Notes: generated from the letters alone by a model not told the origin. Positions 8,387 through 18,113 are shown, counted from the stretch's first letter. The stretch: DNA of 52,479 bases from Bdellovibrionales bacterium (GCA_050250255.1 JBFWOZ010000020.1:1-52479), one strand, 5' to 3'. Numbers and translations are program-made.

Positions 8387-9457
8387 TTATTCCTTCGCTC
8401 CTGCAAAAGGAACGACAAAAAGACCAGCAGAAATATCAGAGAAGATCAATTTACCAGATTTAAAGTAAGGATAGATTTCCCAAGCTCCTTCGTAAGAGGG
8501 TGGCATGGTTTCACGGAATTGATGATGAGCGACTTCCACAGGCATAAAGGGATTCATCATATCTAAAATGCGAATGCCCGCTCCATAGTGAGCGATGTAA
8601 GCATAACGACCTTTAATATGAACGTTATGAGCAAGGTTGTTAGGTCCAAGATATTCAGAGACAATGCGAATATTTGATAAATTCGAAATATCCCACACTT
8701 TAACTGTTTTTCCTTCGGGGATTTCTTCGGTCGTCATCACGTATCGATTATCTTCTGTTACCGCCGTGTTATGTACATAACCGCCATTAGGAATTTCCAC
8801 TCGCGTGATAAGAGTGGGTGCGCGCGGATTTGTCGTATCGTACATGGACCAGCTGCTGTGGTAACCTTCTGCGACGTAGGCGATATTATTTTTCACATAC
8901 ATATCGTGGCATTCTACGCCAAAGGAAGAAATCTGCTGAGGTTGTGTGGGATTTGAAATATCAAGGATCCGAATCACCGCACTGTTATTACCCTCAGTGA
9001 AAATCAATTTCCTCGCTTCATCGATATAGATCGTATGAGCTGTTTTAAATCCAGTATAAGTAGAAACAAGTCGCGCTGAATTTGGAAGTTGTGTCAGATC
9101 AATGATCTGCATTCCACCGACGTTTCCTGGAGGATCGTTTCTTTCGGTATCAAACACGACATAAGCATAACCGTTGAAAGCTTTGAGCTCACGCCAAGGT
9201 GTTTTATACCCAGGGATAAAGGCCACTTCGCGAAGTGTAGGAGCATCGGTGATATCAATAATGCTTGTTCCGTGCTGCACACCCAAAATCGCATATTCTC
9301 GGCCGTCAGGAGCCGTGTAGCCCCATAACGCGGAGTATTCCATTTCAGGGTATTTATTAAATTGGGCAAGGGTTTCTAATCGGACGGAACTTGCTTGTAC
9401 GTTGACGCTAAAAAAGAAAACAAAAAGCAGAAACAAAAAATATTTAGTTTTGTGCAT
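8387..9457 (-). CDS. Secreted LVIVD-repeat / choice-of-anchor B-like beta-propeller
   Basis: Signal peptide; WGYTAPDGREYA, WRELK, repeated HN/HD/HT blades, GAWEIYPY; GGAGGA RBS before ATG 9457. Confidence 0.8.
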   Translation of the reverse strand: MHKTKYFLFLLFVFFFSVNVQASSVRLETLAQFNKYPEMEYSALWGYTAPDGREYAILGVQHGTSIIDITDAPTLREVAFIPGYKTPWRELKAFNGYAYVVFDTERNDPPGNVGGMQIIDLTQLPNSARLVSTYTGFKTAHTIYIDEARKLIFTEGNNSAVIRILDISNPTQPQQISSFGVECHDMYVKNNIAYVAEGYHSSWSMYDTTNPRAPTLITRVEIPNGGYVHNTAVTEDNRYVMTTEEIPEGKTVKVWDISNLSNIRIVSEYLGPNNLAHNVHIKGRYAYIAHYGAGIRILDMMNPFMPVEVAHHQFRETMPPSYEGAWEIYPYFKSGKLIFSDISAGLFVVPFAGAKE

Positions 9458-9581
9458 TGCGGTCCTCCAGGAATCCATCTCTACTTAAGGCTAGGTGGGC
9501 TTTCTCTAGAAATCAAGCTGATTGACCAAACTCATATTCTTTTGAAAGCTACTGGTGGGTATTGACTCAAGGAGGACGGAA

Positions 9582-10910
9582 ATGAAATGGGGATTTTTAC
9601 TTTACGCATTATGTTTTTCTCTTGATGCGAAAGCGGTGCCGCGTGCACAAACCGTAAAACAGATTTCCTCAGGAATTTCTTTTACCTGTGCCGTATTGAT
9701 GACGGGTCAGGTGAAGTGTTGGGGAGATAACCAATTTGGTCAGTTAGGCCTTGGTAACACGCTAGTTAAAGGGGCACGCCCAGGAGAGATGGGAGCAAAT
9801 CTTCCGGCTCTGAATTTGGGGACCACGGAATCAGTGCAATTTCTTTCAACGGGTGATGAGTTTGCCTGCGCGATTTTTCAATCAGGAAAAGTGAAATGTT
9901 GGGGAAGAAATACTACGGGCCAATTGGGTCTTGGTGACGTGGAAAATCGTGGCGATGCTCCGACAGAAATGGGAACAAATCTTCCTTATGTAGATCTCGG
10001 AACAACGTCGAAGGTTACGAAAATTGCTTTAGGAACGGCTCACGTTTGCGCAGCCTTTGAAGACGGTCGACTAAAATGTTGGGGCGACAATGCGGATGGA
10101 CAGCTTGGCCTCGGCAACGTTCAACCTCGTGGTGACGGAGCAAACGAAATGGGAACGAATCTTCCTTATATTGATCTTGGGCCAAACGAGAAAGTAAAAG
10201 ATGTGTGGGTAGGAACGGCATTTAGTTGCGCACTTTTAGTTTCTGGAAAAATAAAATGTTTCGGAGCCAACGGTGCAGGCCAATTGGGATTAGGCGATCA
10301 ATTAGATCGTGGTGACGGGGCAAACGAAATGGGCGCCAACCTACCTTACGTGGATTTAGGAAGTGATATTCAAGTTCTTAGCCTTGCGCTTGGAGATGTT
10401 CATTCTTGTGCGCTCACTCACCAATTTAAAGTGAAGTGCTGGGGAGATGCCAATTACGGACAATCTGGTTACGGGGATACCGAGGACCGTGGTGATGAAC
10501 CGAACGAAATGGGTGATGCTCTTCCAGCAGTGGATTTGGGATTCGCTCAGTTCGTGATTGATCTTCGATCATTCAATCAGACGACCTGCGCTCTTATGGT
10601 GAACGGAACTATGAAGTGCTGGGGAAATAATGAAACAGGAGCTTTAGGACTTGGTGATGTGAACTCTCGAGGCGATCAAACAGGAGAGATGGGTGAATCT
10701 TTGCTCCCTCTCTATCTCGGTAAAAAACTTTCTGTCTCGGATATTGCAACAGGGCTTGATCACACCTGCGCCATTGTAGGCACGAAGTTGCAGAATGCGG
10801 TGAAATGTTGGGGAGCAAATGCTCGAGGTCAATTGGGTCTCGGTGATACCGTTTTAAGAGGAGATTCACCAGATGAAATGGGCGACAACCTTCCGATCGT
10901 CGCCCTCTAA
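9582..10910 (+). CDS. Secreted RCC1/BLIP-II-like repeat protein, copy 1
   Basis: Signal peptide; seven KC(W/F)GxNxxGQLGLG...RGD...EMG.NLP repeats; AGGAGG RBS before ATG 9582. Confidence 0.9.
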   Translation: MKWGFLLYALCFSLDAKAVPRAQTVKQISSGISFTCAVLMTGQVKCWGDNQFGQLGLGNTLVKGARPGEMGANLPALNLGTTESVQFLSTGDEFACAIFQSGKVKCWGRNTTGQLGLGDVENRGDAPTEMGTNLPYVDLGTTSKVTKIALGTAHVCAAFEDGRLKCWGDNADGQLGLGNVQPRGDGANEMGTNLPYIDLGPNEKVKDVWVGTAFSCALLVSGKIKCFGANGAGQLGLGDQLDRGDGANEMGANLPYVDLGSDIQVLSLALGDVHSCALTHQFKVKCWGDANYGQSGYGDTEDRGDEPNEMGDALPAVDLGFAQFVIDLRSFNQTTCALMVNGTMKCWGNNETGALGLGDVNSRGDQTGEMGESLLPLYLGKKLSVSDIATGLDHTCAIVGTKLQNAVKCWGANARGQLGLGDTVLRGDSPDEMGDNLPIVAL

Positions 10911-10916
10911 CAAAAA

Positions 10917-11618
10917 TTACTTAGAATTGAATGTGATGTTGTGACCGACCTGGCTCGTTTCGTGGTTGTGACAGTAGTACTGTCCAACAAAGCTAGGACG
11001 GTTTCCTGGAATTCTCACTTCGTAAACACCACCGTGACGTTCTGGCGTTGCACGAGCAAGAGGTGTAGACGCGTGAGGAATTGCGCCTGCGCCGTGAACT
11101 AAATGTTCTGACGATTGGTCGTAGTTATAAACGCGAAACAAAACTCCGTTAGGATGAGTGCGAAGAGCCGCTTGTCGTGGGGTTGACCAAGCATGGTTTG
11201 CATCCAAACGCACTTCGTAGATCGCTTCTACTTTGAGCGCTACTTGTGCTTGTGACGCTTCCATTTTTCCGACGGTTTTTGCATTCACTAGAAAAAATCC
11301 ATTATCAAATGAAGGAGAGCCTGCTGCAGTTGTTAAAGCGAGCGGAACTTGTATCGTTTGGCCAGCACGAATAACGATTGGAGTTGTTGGGATTTGAATC
11401 ATCACTTCTTTTTCAAGATCAACAGTGTCAAGAGTGCGGCGATCAATGGAGAGCTCGATGGCTGTACCATCAAAATCAGTAGGTGCAGTAAGAGTCATCA
11501 TGATCGTTTGTGTGGCGGCGAGAGGAAGCGCGAGTGCAGGTGCCGTAACTTGAACGGGTGCTGCATGTGCCGCAACGGACATGATAAAAGCGCAAGTGAA
11601 CGCGATTTTGTTAAACAT
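10917..11618 (-). CDS. Secreted hypothetical protein with C-terminal cupredoxin-like motif
   Basis: AAGGAG RBS before ATG 11618; signal peptide ending AHA; EHLVH...GQYYCHNHE metal-ligand pattern. Confidence 0.6.
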   Translation of the reverse strand: MFNKIAFTCAFIMSVAAHAAPVQVTAPALALPLAATQTIMMTLTAPTDFDGTAIELSIDRRTLDTVDLEKEVMIQIPTTPIVIRAGQTIQVPLALTTAAGSPSFDNGFFLVNAKTVGKMEASQAQVALKVEAIYEVRLDANHAWSTPRQAALRTHPNGVLFRVYNYDQSSEHLVHGAGAIPHASTPLARATPERHGGVYEVRIPGNRPSFVGQYYCHNHETSQVGHNITFNSK

Positions 11619-11652
11619 GGAATATCTCCTTTTGTTGTTTGGAATCGTTCCA

Positions 11653-11681
11653 AGACTAGGAAGCCTTTGTATTCTCGTCAA
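11653..11681 (-). promoter_or_regulatory. sigma70-like promoter of the cupredoxin-like gene
   Basis: TTGACG-N17-TAGTCT on the minus strand. Confidence 0.6.
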
Positions 11682-11790
11682 GCTTAACGCACGTCGCTAA
11701 CGATTGGAATTGGCAAATAAGTTTGACCCTCCATAGAGTATGAACTTTATAGTGCTGACATAGAGTAGAGTATGTCCACTCTTTTTGTTT

Positions 11791-11829
11791 AATGAGACGG
11801 TTAGCGAACTGTCGTTTGTGGAGTTGTAA
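11791..11829 (+). pseudogene. Decayed 3' end of a lost RCC1-like paralog
   Basis: Reads NETVSELSFVEL* against NEMGDNLPYVEL*; 27/39 nt match to 13117-13155, last 13 nt identical. Confidence 0.55.
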
Positions 11830-11835
11830 AAAATA

Positions 11836-13155
11836 ATGAATTTTATTTTGGCTTTGATTCTCCTGTTCTCATCCGATGGTTTCGCGCAGTCAGCTCCCAT
11901 CAAAGATGTATTCGTTGGGGGTCGTAACGGATGTGTTTCTCTCATCGACGGAAGTATTAAATGTTGGGGAGATAATGATACTGGTCAGCTTGGGTTAGGA
12001 GATAATACAATTCGTGGTGATCAGCCGAATGAAATGGGAGCGAATCTGCCAACTCCTCAATTAGGTACGGGCTTAAAAATAAAAGAATACGCAGGCGGTA
12101 CAATTCATAATTGTGCTCTGTTTGAAAACGGTCGTGTGAAATGTTGGGGTTATAATTATACGGGCGCTTTAGGTTTAGGCCACACGCAGACTTTGGGCAG
12201 AAATGCAGGCGAAATGGGTGATCGATTGCCATTTGTTGAGCTTGGAACCGACATAAAAGTAAAACATTTAGCGGTGGGTTTTTATAATACCTGCGCTGTT
12301 TTTGAAGATGGAAAAATAAAATGTTGGGGCAGAAACAATGCGGGACAGCTTGGACTTGGCGATAGACGTGACCGTGGCGATGAGCCTGGTGAAATGGGAG
12401 CCAACTTACCATTTATTGATTTAGGCAGTGGTGAAAAAGTAGAGAATGTGTGGGTTGGTCGAGATGCCATCTGTGCCCTCCTACAAAATAAAAAAATTAA
12501 ATGTTGGGGATACAATACCAACGGACAATTAGGGCTTGGCGATCAGCAAAATCGTGGTGACACACCCAGCGAAATGGGAGCCAATCTTCCTTATGTTGAT
12601 TTAGGACAAAACGTTGATGTGCAAAGCCTCTCCATGGGTGGCAACCATGTTTGCGCAGTGACGACAGCGATGCAGATAAAATGCTGGGGATCTAATGTTT
12701 ATGGTGAGCTTGGTCTTGGCGATACCGAAAGTCGAGGAGATAAACCCAACGAAATGGGAACTAATCTTCCTTATGTTGACTTAGGGCCTCATGAGTTGGT
12801 TGTGCGTGTGGCAACTTACTTTGAAGGCACATGCGCTCAATTAATGAATCGCACTGTGAAGTGTTGGGGCGACAATCTTTATGGGCAATTAGGAGCTGGT
12901 CATAACAAGAGACTCGGTGATGATGCGGGTGAAATGGGGGGTGCATTGTTGCCTATTTATCTTGGTAAAAAGCAAGTGGTACAGCAGGTTTCGGCCGGAG
13001 GCTGGAACGTATGTGCGATGGTAGGGACTGTAGCAAAACCACAAATTAAATGTTGGGGTCGTAATACCTCCGGGCAGCTAGGATTGGGACACACGAGAAA
13101 TGTGGGAGCCGCGCCTAATGAAATGGGCGACAACCTTCCTTATGTGGAGTTGTAA
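11836..13155 (+). CDS. Secreted RCC1/BLIP-II-like repeat protein, copy 2
   Basis: Signal peptide; seven KCWG...GQLGLG...EMG repeats. Confidence 0.9.
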   Translation: MNFILALILLFSSDGFAQSAPIKDVFVGGRNGCVSLIDGSIKCWGDNDTGQLGLGDNTIRGDQPNEMGANLPTPQLGTGLKIKEYAGGTIHNCALFENGRVKCWGYNYTGALGLGHTQTLGRNAGEMGDRLPFVELGTDIKVKHLAVGFYNTCAVFEDGKIKCWGRNNAGQLGLGDRRDRGDEPGEMGANLPFIDLGSGEKVENVWVGRDAICALLQNKKIKCWGYNTNGQLGLGDQQNRGDTPSEMGANLPYVDLGQNVDVQSLSMGGNHVCAVTTAMQIKCWGSNVYGELGLGDTESRGDKPNEMGTNLPYVDLGPHELVVRVATYFEGTCAQLMNRTVKCWGDNLYGQLGAGHNKRLGDDAGEMGGALLPIYLGKKQVVQQVSAGGWNVCAMVGTVAKPQIKCWGRNTSGQLGLGHTRNVGAAPNEMGDNLPYVEL

Positions 13156-13156
13156 G

Positions 13157-14485
13157 ATGAAGTTTTTATTTCTCATTTATCTCTTTACTTTTCTAAACGC
13201 TTTGGCTGTAAATGCTTTTCAGCAAGAGTCCATTAAACAATTGGTGACTGGAGCGCAGCATTCTTGCGTGGTTTTTCAGTCAGGTAAAGTGAAGTGTTGG
13301 GGAAATAACAACTTCGGACAATTGGGATTAGGGGACGTAGAAGTTCGAGGGGATGAAGCGAATGAAATGGGAGCTCGCTTGCCTTACGTGAACTTAGGGA
13401 ACAATCTGGAAGTGGATCATTTAACTGCAGGTCATAATCATACCTGTGCTTTTTTTCGTACTGGACAAATCAAATGTTGGGGAGCCAATAACATGGGCCA
13501 ACTCGGCTTAGGTGATAGGAACCCCCGAGGAAAAACTCCTGAAGAAATGGGAGATGCACTTCCGTTTGTGGATTTGGGTACAAATCAACAGGTGAAGAAG
13601 CTCTCTTCTAAAGGCAATCACAATTGCGTGTCCTTTGAAGATGGAGCTCTTAAATGCTGGGGTTGGAATAATTTTGGTCAGTTGGGCATTGGTCATCTCA
13701 GCACAATTGGAGATGAACCGAACGAAATGGGAGGAGCGCTTTCTTATACAACATTAGGATTAAATGAAAAAATAAGGGAGATCTATACTGGATATCAACA
13801 TAGCTGTGCTCTTCTTGAATCTAAAAAAATAAAATGTTGGGGTTATGCTGGTAGCGGGCGTTTAGGACTTGGAGATAATAAATCTCGGGGTGATACCCCT
13901 GACGAAATGGGTGACGCATTACCAATTCTCGATCTGGGGAGTGGGTTTGAAATTAAAAGTTTATCTATTGCTATACCTTCATGCGCTTTAACAACTCAAG
14001 GCAGAATGAAATGTTGGGGAGCAAACTCTTATGGAGAGCTTGGTATAGGAGACAGTACGTCCCGTGGAACTAAACTCACTGATATGGGGGATGCGCTCGC
14101 GCACGTGGACCTTGGATTTAACCAAGAGGTGATTGAGATCTCTGCGGGCTCTGGCGGTGTGTGCGCCGTATTAGCTAACCAAACTGCAAAGTGTTGGGGC
14201 CGAAATGGCTCAGGACAATTAGGTTTGGGAGATAGAGAGGCCCGTGGCGATAATCCAGGTGAGATGGGAGAAAATCTTCAACCTATTTATTTAGGACGAA
14301 GACAACCTATCCTTCATGTCGAAGTCAGTGAGGAATTTACTTGTGCTTTACTTGGGACTCGGACTCAAAATGCTGTGAAGTGTTGGGGACGCAATGGTTT
14401 GGGCCAGTTGGGAGTTGGGGACCGGCGTGAGCGCGGTGCTCAGCCAAGTGAAATGGGCGACAACCTGCCATATGTGGAGTTGTAA
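13157..14485 (+). CDS. Secreted RCC1/BLIP-II-like repeat protein, copy 3
   Basis: ATG 13157 (MKFLFLIYLF signal peptide) lies 1 nt after the upstream stop; seven repeats. Confidence 0.9.
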   Translation: MKFLFLIYLFTFLNALAVNAFQQESIKQLVTGAQHSCVVFQSGKVKCWGNNNFGQLGLGDVEVRGDEANEMGARLPYVNLGNNLEVDHLTAGHNHTCAFFRTGQIKCWGANNMGQLGLGDRNPRGKTPEEMGDALPFVDLGTNQQVKKLSSKGNHNCVSFEDGALKCWGWNNFGQLGIGHLSTIGDEPNEMGGALSYTTLGLNEKIREIYTGYQHSCALLESKKIKCWGYAGSGRLGLGDNKSRGDTPDEMGDALPILDLGSGFEIKSLSIAIPSCALTTQGRMKCWGANSYGELGIGDSTSRGTKLTDMGDALAHVDLGFNQEVIEISAGSGGVCAVLANQTAKCWGRNGSGQLGLGDREARGDNPGEMGENLQPIYLGRRQPILHVEVSEEFTCALLGTRTQNAVKCWGRNGLGQLGVGDRRERGAQPSEMGDNLPYVEL

Positions 14486-14495
14486 TCTCTAAAAC

Positions 14496-15950
14496 ATGGA
14501 AGATTACGGAATACATTGGTTCAGACGTGATTTAAGAGTCGCCGGCAATTCCGCACTTCTTTATAATTGGAAGAAAAACAAAGGCCGTGTCGTCGGCGTA
14601 TTTTGTTTCGATTCACAATTTTTATCTCGCCCTGACTTTTCTCATAATCGTTTCGCTTTTTTCCTCAAGACTCTTAAGGCCTTAAAAAAGGAACTCCAAG
14701 AAATTGGCTCAGATCTTTTAATGGTCAATCAACTTCCAGAAGTTTTCTTTTTAAGTTTGAACACAGACGTACAACAGCCACCCCATTTGATCACATGGAA
14801 TCGCGATTATGAACCTTTTGCTTGTGATCGAGATAAAAAAATTGAAAATACATTGTTCAAAATGAGTTTACCTCATCATGTAGAACGAGACCATTTGCTT
14901 CTAGAACCCGAAGAGGTCTTGAAGGTTTCTTGTGACTCCTATCAAGTTTTTTCAGCTTACGCGAAGAGGTGGTATTCGCTTTTACATACCGATGAGGTGC
15001 AAGAGCGACTGCAGCGTCAGACGGCAGGGATTCAGTATCTTGGACGAGCTGAAAGAAAAAAGAATTTTTCTCTTCAGTGGAAAGATGTTCTTAAAAAACC
15101 GAAAAGAGATGCTCTCGAGCTTTTTGAAAGGAAGAATCAACAGAAAGTGACCATCTTAATTCCTGATGGCGGCAGTCATGAAGCTTTTAAGGCGCTTGAT
15201 TGGTTTCGCTCAAGGCTGCCTTATTATGAAAAATTGCGAGATTTCCCATCTGAGTCAGGGACCTCTCGTCTTTCCATGTATTTAAAAAATGGTTCACTTA
15301 CCACAGCACAAATCATTCATTATCTTGATCTAGGAAAACAGAGCTTTGAAAGTACGGAGAGCTCCAATAAGTTTTTAAAGGAGCTTGTTTGGCGCGAGTT
15401 TTACTATTCGATTCTTTACCATCACCCCCGTGTTGAAACTGAAGCCTTTATTGGAAAATATAAAAAAATAAAATGGGTGAATAACAAAATACTTTTTAAA
15501 TCATGGTGCAGGGGAGAGACGGGTTATCCCATCGTCGATGCGGGCATGAGGGAGCTCAATACGACCGGTTGGATGCATAATCGTGTGCGAATGATTGTGG
15601 CTTCCTTTCTAACGAAAGATCTTTTGATCGATTGGCGACTCGGTGAAAAGTACTTTATGAAGCAGCTTTTAGATGGAGATCTTGCACCCAATAATGGAAA
15701 CTGGCAGTGGGCGGCTTCTACCGGTTGTGATGCCCAACCTTACTTCCGCATCTTCAATCCGCTCTTGCAAAGTCAGAAGTTTGATCCTGATGGCAGTTAC
15801 ATTAGAAAATTTGTCCCAGAACTCCGTCATCTTTCAGACAAGGAAATTCATAATCCCACTCTGGAGTCTCGGAAAAAATATCGCTATTCGCTCCCGGTTG
15901 TGAGCCACGAAATTCAAAAGAAAAAAGCCATAAAGCTATTTGACATATAA
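14496..15950 (+). CDS. phrB: Class I CPD DNA photolyase
   Basis: WFRRDLR, TSRLS, ELVWREFY, GWMHNRVRMIVASFL, NNGNWQWAASTG motifs. Confidence 0.93.
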   Translation: MEDYGIHWFRRDLRVAGNSALLYNWKKNKGRVVGVFCFDSQFLSRPDFSHNRFAFFLKTLKALKKELQEIGSDLLMVNQLPEVFFLSLNTDVQQPPHLITWNRDYEPFACDRDKKIENTLFKMSLPHHVERDHLLLEPEEVLKVSCDSYQVFSAYAKRWYSLLHTDEVQERLQRQTAGIQYLGRAERKKNFSLQWKDVLKKPKRDALELFERKNQQKVTILIPDGGSHEAFKALDWFRSRLPYYEKLRDFPSESGTSRLSMYLKNGSLTTAQIIHYLDLGKQSFESTESSNKFLKELVWREFYYSILYHHPRVETEAFIGKYKKIKWVNNKILFKSWCRGETGYPIVDAGMRELNTTGWMHNRVRMIVASFLTKDLLIDWRLGEKYFMKQLLDGDLAPNNGNWQWAASTGCDAQPYFRIFNPLLQSQKFDPDGSYIRKFVPELRHLSDKEIHNPTLESRKKYRYSLPVVSHEIQKKKAIKLFDI

Positions 15951-16094
15951 TTGGGTAAGAAATTCAAATATTTCTTCTTCATCACAGGTTTTGAGAGTCA
16001 AAGAAGATGACAATAAGTCTTTTTGAAAGCTAAAACAGGCCCCGTTTGCTCGGGCTTCCTTGAGTCATAAGTTCCTAGAGTTTAAGAGGTGGTT

Positions 16095-17426
16095 ATGAAA
16101 TCATTTATTTTATTTTTTGTTTACTGGGGTTTATTTTTTCAAACTTCAAAAATTTTTGCCGCAACTTCTGTGAAGCAAGTGGATGCAGGTAACAATCACG
16201 TTTGTGCTCTTCTCATGACCGGAGAAGTGAAGTGTTGGGGCGGGAATCAAACGGGAGCACTTGGCGCCGGAGACAATAAACCACGTGGTGATCGTGTGGC
16301 CGACATGGGCGCGAGACTTTTGCCGGTGGATTTAGGTACAACCGAAAGGGTTGTAAGCCTGAACGTTAACAGTTTTCAATCCTGTGCGCTTTTTGAAGAA
16401 GGACGTATGAAATGTTGGGGTGATAATAGATTTGGTCAACTTGGCTTAGGGGATGTAATCTCTCGTGGAGATGCCCTCGGTGAAATGGGTAAAAATCTTC
16501 CGTTTATTGATTTAGGAACCAATCAAAAAATTCTTAGTGTCTCTGTTGGCGGTAATCATGCCTGCGCCATCTTAGATGGTTATCGTTTGAAATGTTGGGG
16601 CCGTAACTCAGATGGACAGTTAGGGCTTGGTGATAATCTCAATCGAGGTATTGAGCCCAATCAAATGGGCGATCAGCTACCCTATGTCAATTTAGGAACT
16701 GACGAAAAAGCTTTGAGAGTGCAGGCGGGGGATTTGCATACTTGCGTACTTTTGTTGTCTGGGAAAGTGAAGTGTTTTGGTCGCAATAATATTGGTCAGT
16801 TAGGTCTCGGAGATACTCAGCCCCGAGGACTTTTACCAGGGCAGATGGGTGACAATTTGCCGGTGGTCCAGTTGGGAACAGCTTTAAAAGCGATCAATCT
16901 TTTTTTAAGCTCGAGCCATACTTGCGTTCTTTTGGAAAACAAAAAAATCAAATGTTGGGGCAATAATAACGGCGGACAATTAGGTCTTGGTGATACACAG
17001 AACAGAGGAGACACGGCTGAAGAAATGGGTGATGCGCTCCCGTTTGTAAATTTAGGGTCTGGAGAAATGGTTGTAGGTCTAAGTCTTAACGGAAATCAAG
17101 GCTGCGCTCAGCTCATCAACAATACACTCAAATGCTGGGGTAATAATAATTTTGGACAGCTGGGAATTGGGAATAATTTAACTAAAGGCGACGAGGCTGA
17201 TGAAATGGGTGGCTATCTCCAAACGGTCTATGTAGGCAGTCGAAAAAATGTTGTTTCTTCTTCTGTGGGAACGCAATTTGCTTGCGCGGTGATTGGGAAT
17301 CCTGTCGAAAATGGTGTCAAATGCTGGGGGCGTAACATTCTAGGCCAACTTGGAATTGAAAACGATAAAACCATCGGGCTTACGATGGAAGAACTCGGGG
17401 ATAATTTAGGCTTCGTAGCGCTTTAA
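16095..17426 (+). CDS. Secreted RCC1/BLIP-II-like repeat protein, copy 4
   Basis: GAGGTG RBS before ATG 16095; signal peptide; seven repeats. Confidence 0.9.
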   Translation: MKSFILFFVYWGLFFQTSKIFAATSVKQVDAGNNHVCALLMTGEVKCWGGNQTGALGAGDNKPRGDRVADMGARLLPVDLGTTERVVSLNVNSFQSCALFEEGRMKCWGDNRFGQLGLGDVISRGDALGEMGKNLPFIDLGTNQKILSVSVGGNHACAILDGYRLKCWGRNSDGQLGLGDNLNRGIEPNQMGDQLPYVNLGTDEKALRVQAGDLHTCVLLLSGKVKCFGRNNIGQLGLGDTQPRGLLPGQMGDNLPVVQLGTALKAINLFLSSSHTCVLLENKKIKCWGNNNGGQLGLGDTQNRGDTAEEMGDALPFVNLGSGEMVVGLSLNGNQGCAQLINNTLKCWGNNNFGQLGIGNNLTKGDEADEMGGYLQTVYVGSRKNVVSSSVGTQFACAVIGNPVENGVKCWGRNILGQLGIENDKTIGLTMEELGDNLGFVAL

Positions 17427-17459
17427 ATTATCACAAAGGCTAAGTACGCGAATCTCTAA

Positions 17460-18113
17460 TTATTTATTGAGCGCGTACTTGTTATAAACTGTTGAAAAGA
17501 CAGATGAGTTAGAAGACTGCTGACTCTTCATAATGTTCGTGATCCCTACGCGAATCATCATTACCGCAATGGCAGCTAAGAAGAGGGCCGCGACTTTTGC
17601 GAAAGCTTTTGTGCCGCCCTCCCCAATGATTTTTACGATGAAATGAGAATAGGTAAAAAGAACCCACACGATCGCAAGATTGAGTGCGATCGAGATCAGC
17701 GTCAGCCAATAGCCATGGATATTTTGAGTCACGATGATGGTTGTCAGCGCTCCGGGACCGATGATGAGCGGAATGCCGATAGGGACGATCCCAATATTTA
17801 ATTTTGTGGTGCCGGGTTGTCGGCTTGTATCATCATCGGGAAAAAGAAGATCCGTGATCGCAAGAATCAAAAGAATGATTCCTCCACCAATTCGAAAATC
17901 GTCTTGCGTGATTCCCAAAACAGAAAACACGATGTTTCCCGTAATGCAAAAAACAACCGACACAATAAAGGCGGCGGCGGTAGCCTGCCTCACTAATTTT
18001 TTCTTTTCGTGAATGGATAGACCCTCAGTGAGCGAGAGAAAGAGCGGGATGATACCGGGAGCATCAATAGCGACAAGAAGAGGAATGAAAGCGAGCAGGA
18101 AACTCTCAAGCAT
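17460..18113 (-). CDS. MarC family integral membrane protein
   Basis: IDAPGIIPLF, FRIGGGIIL and VPIGIPLIIGPGALTT motifs; about six TM segments. Confidence 0.9.
   Translation of the reverse strand: MLESFLLAFIPLLVAIDAPGIIPLFLSLTEGLSIHEKKKLVRQATAAAFIVSVVFCITGNIVFSVLGITQDDFRIGGGIILLILAITDLLFPDDDTSRQPGTTKLNIGIVPIGIPLIIGPGALTTIIVTQNIHGYWLTLISIALNLAIVWVLFTYSHFIVKIIGEGGTKAFAKVAALFLAAIAVMMIRVGITNIMKSQQSSNSSVFSTVYNKYALNK

Noticed and set aside
9582..17426. CRISPR array or UVR8-like UV-B photoreceptors
   Set aside because: The repeats are degenerate protein-coding blades, not identical DNA repeats with spacers. The UVR8 GWRHT motifs are absent and the proteins have signal peptides.
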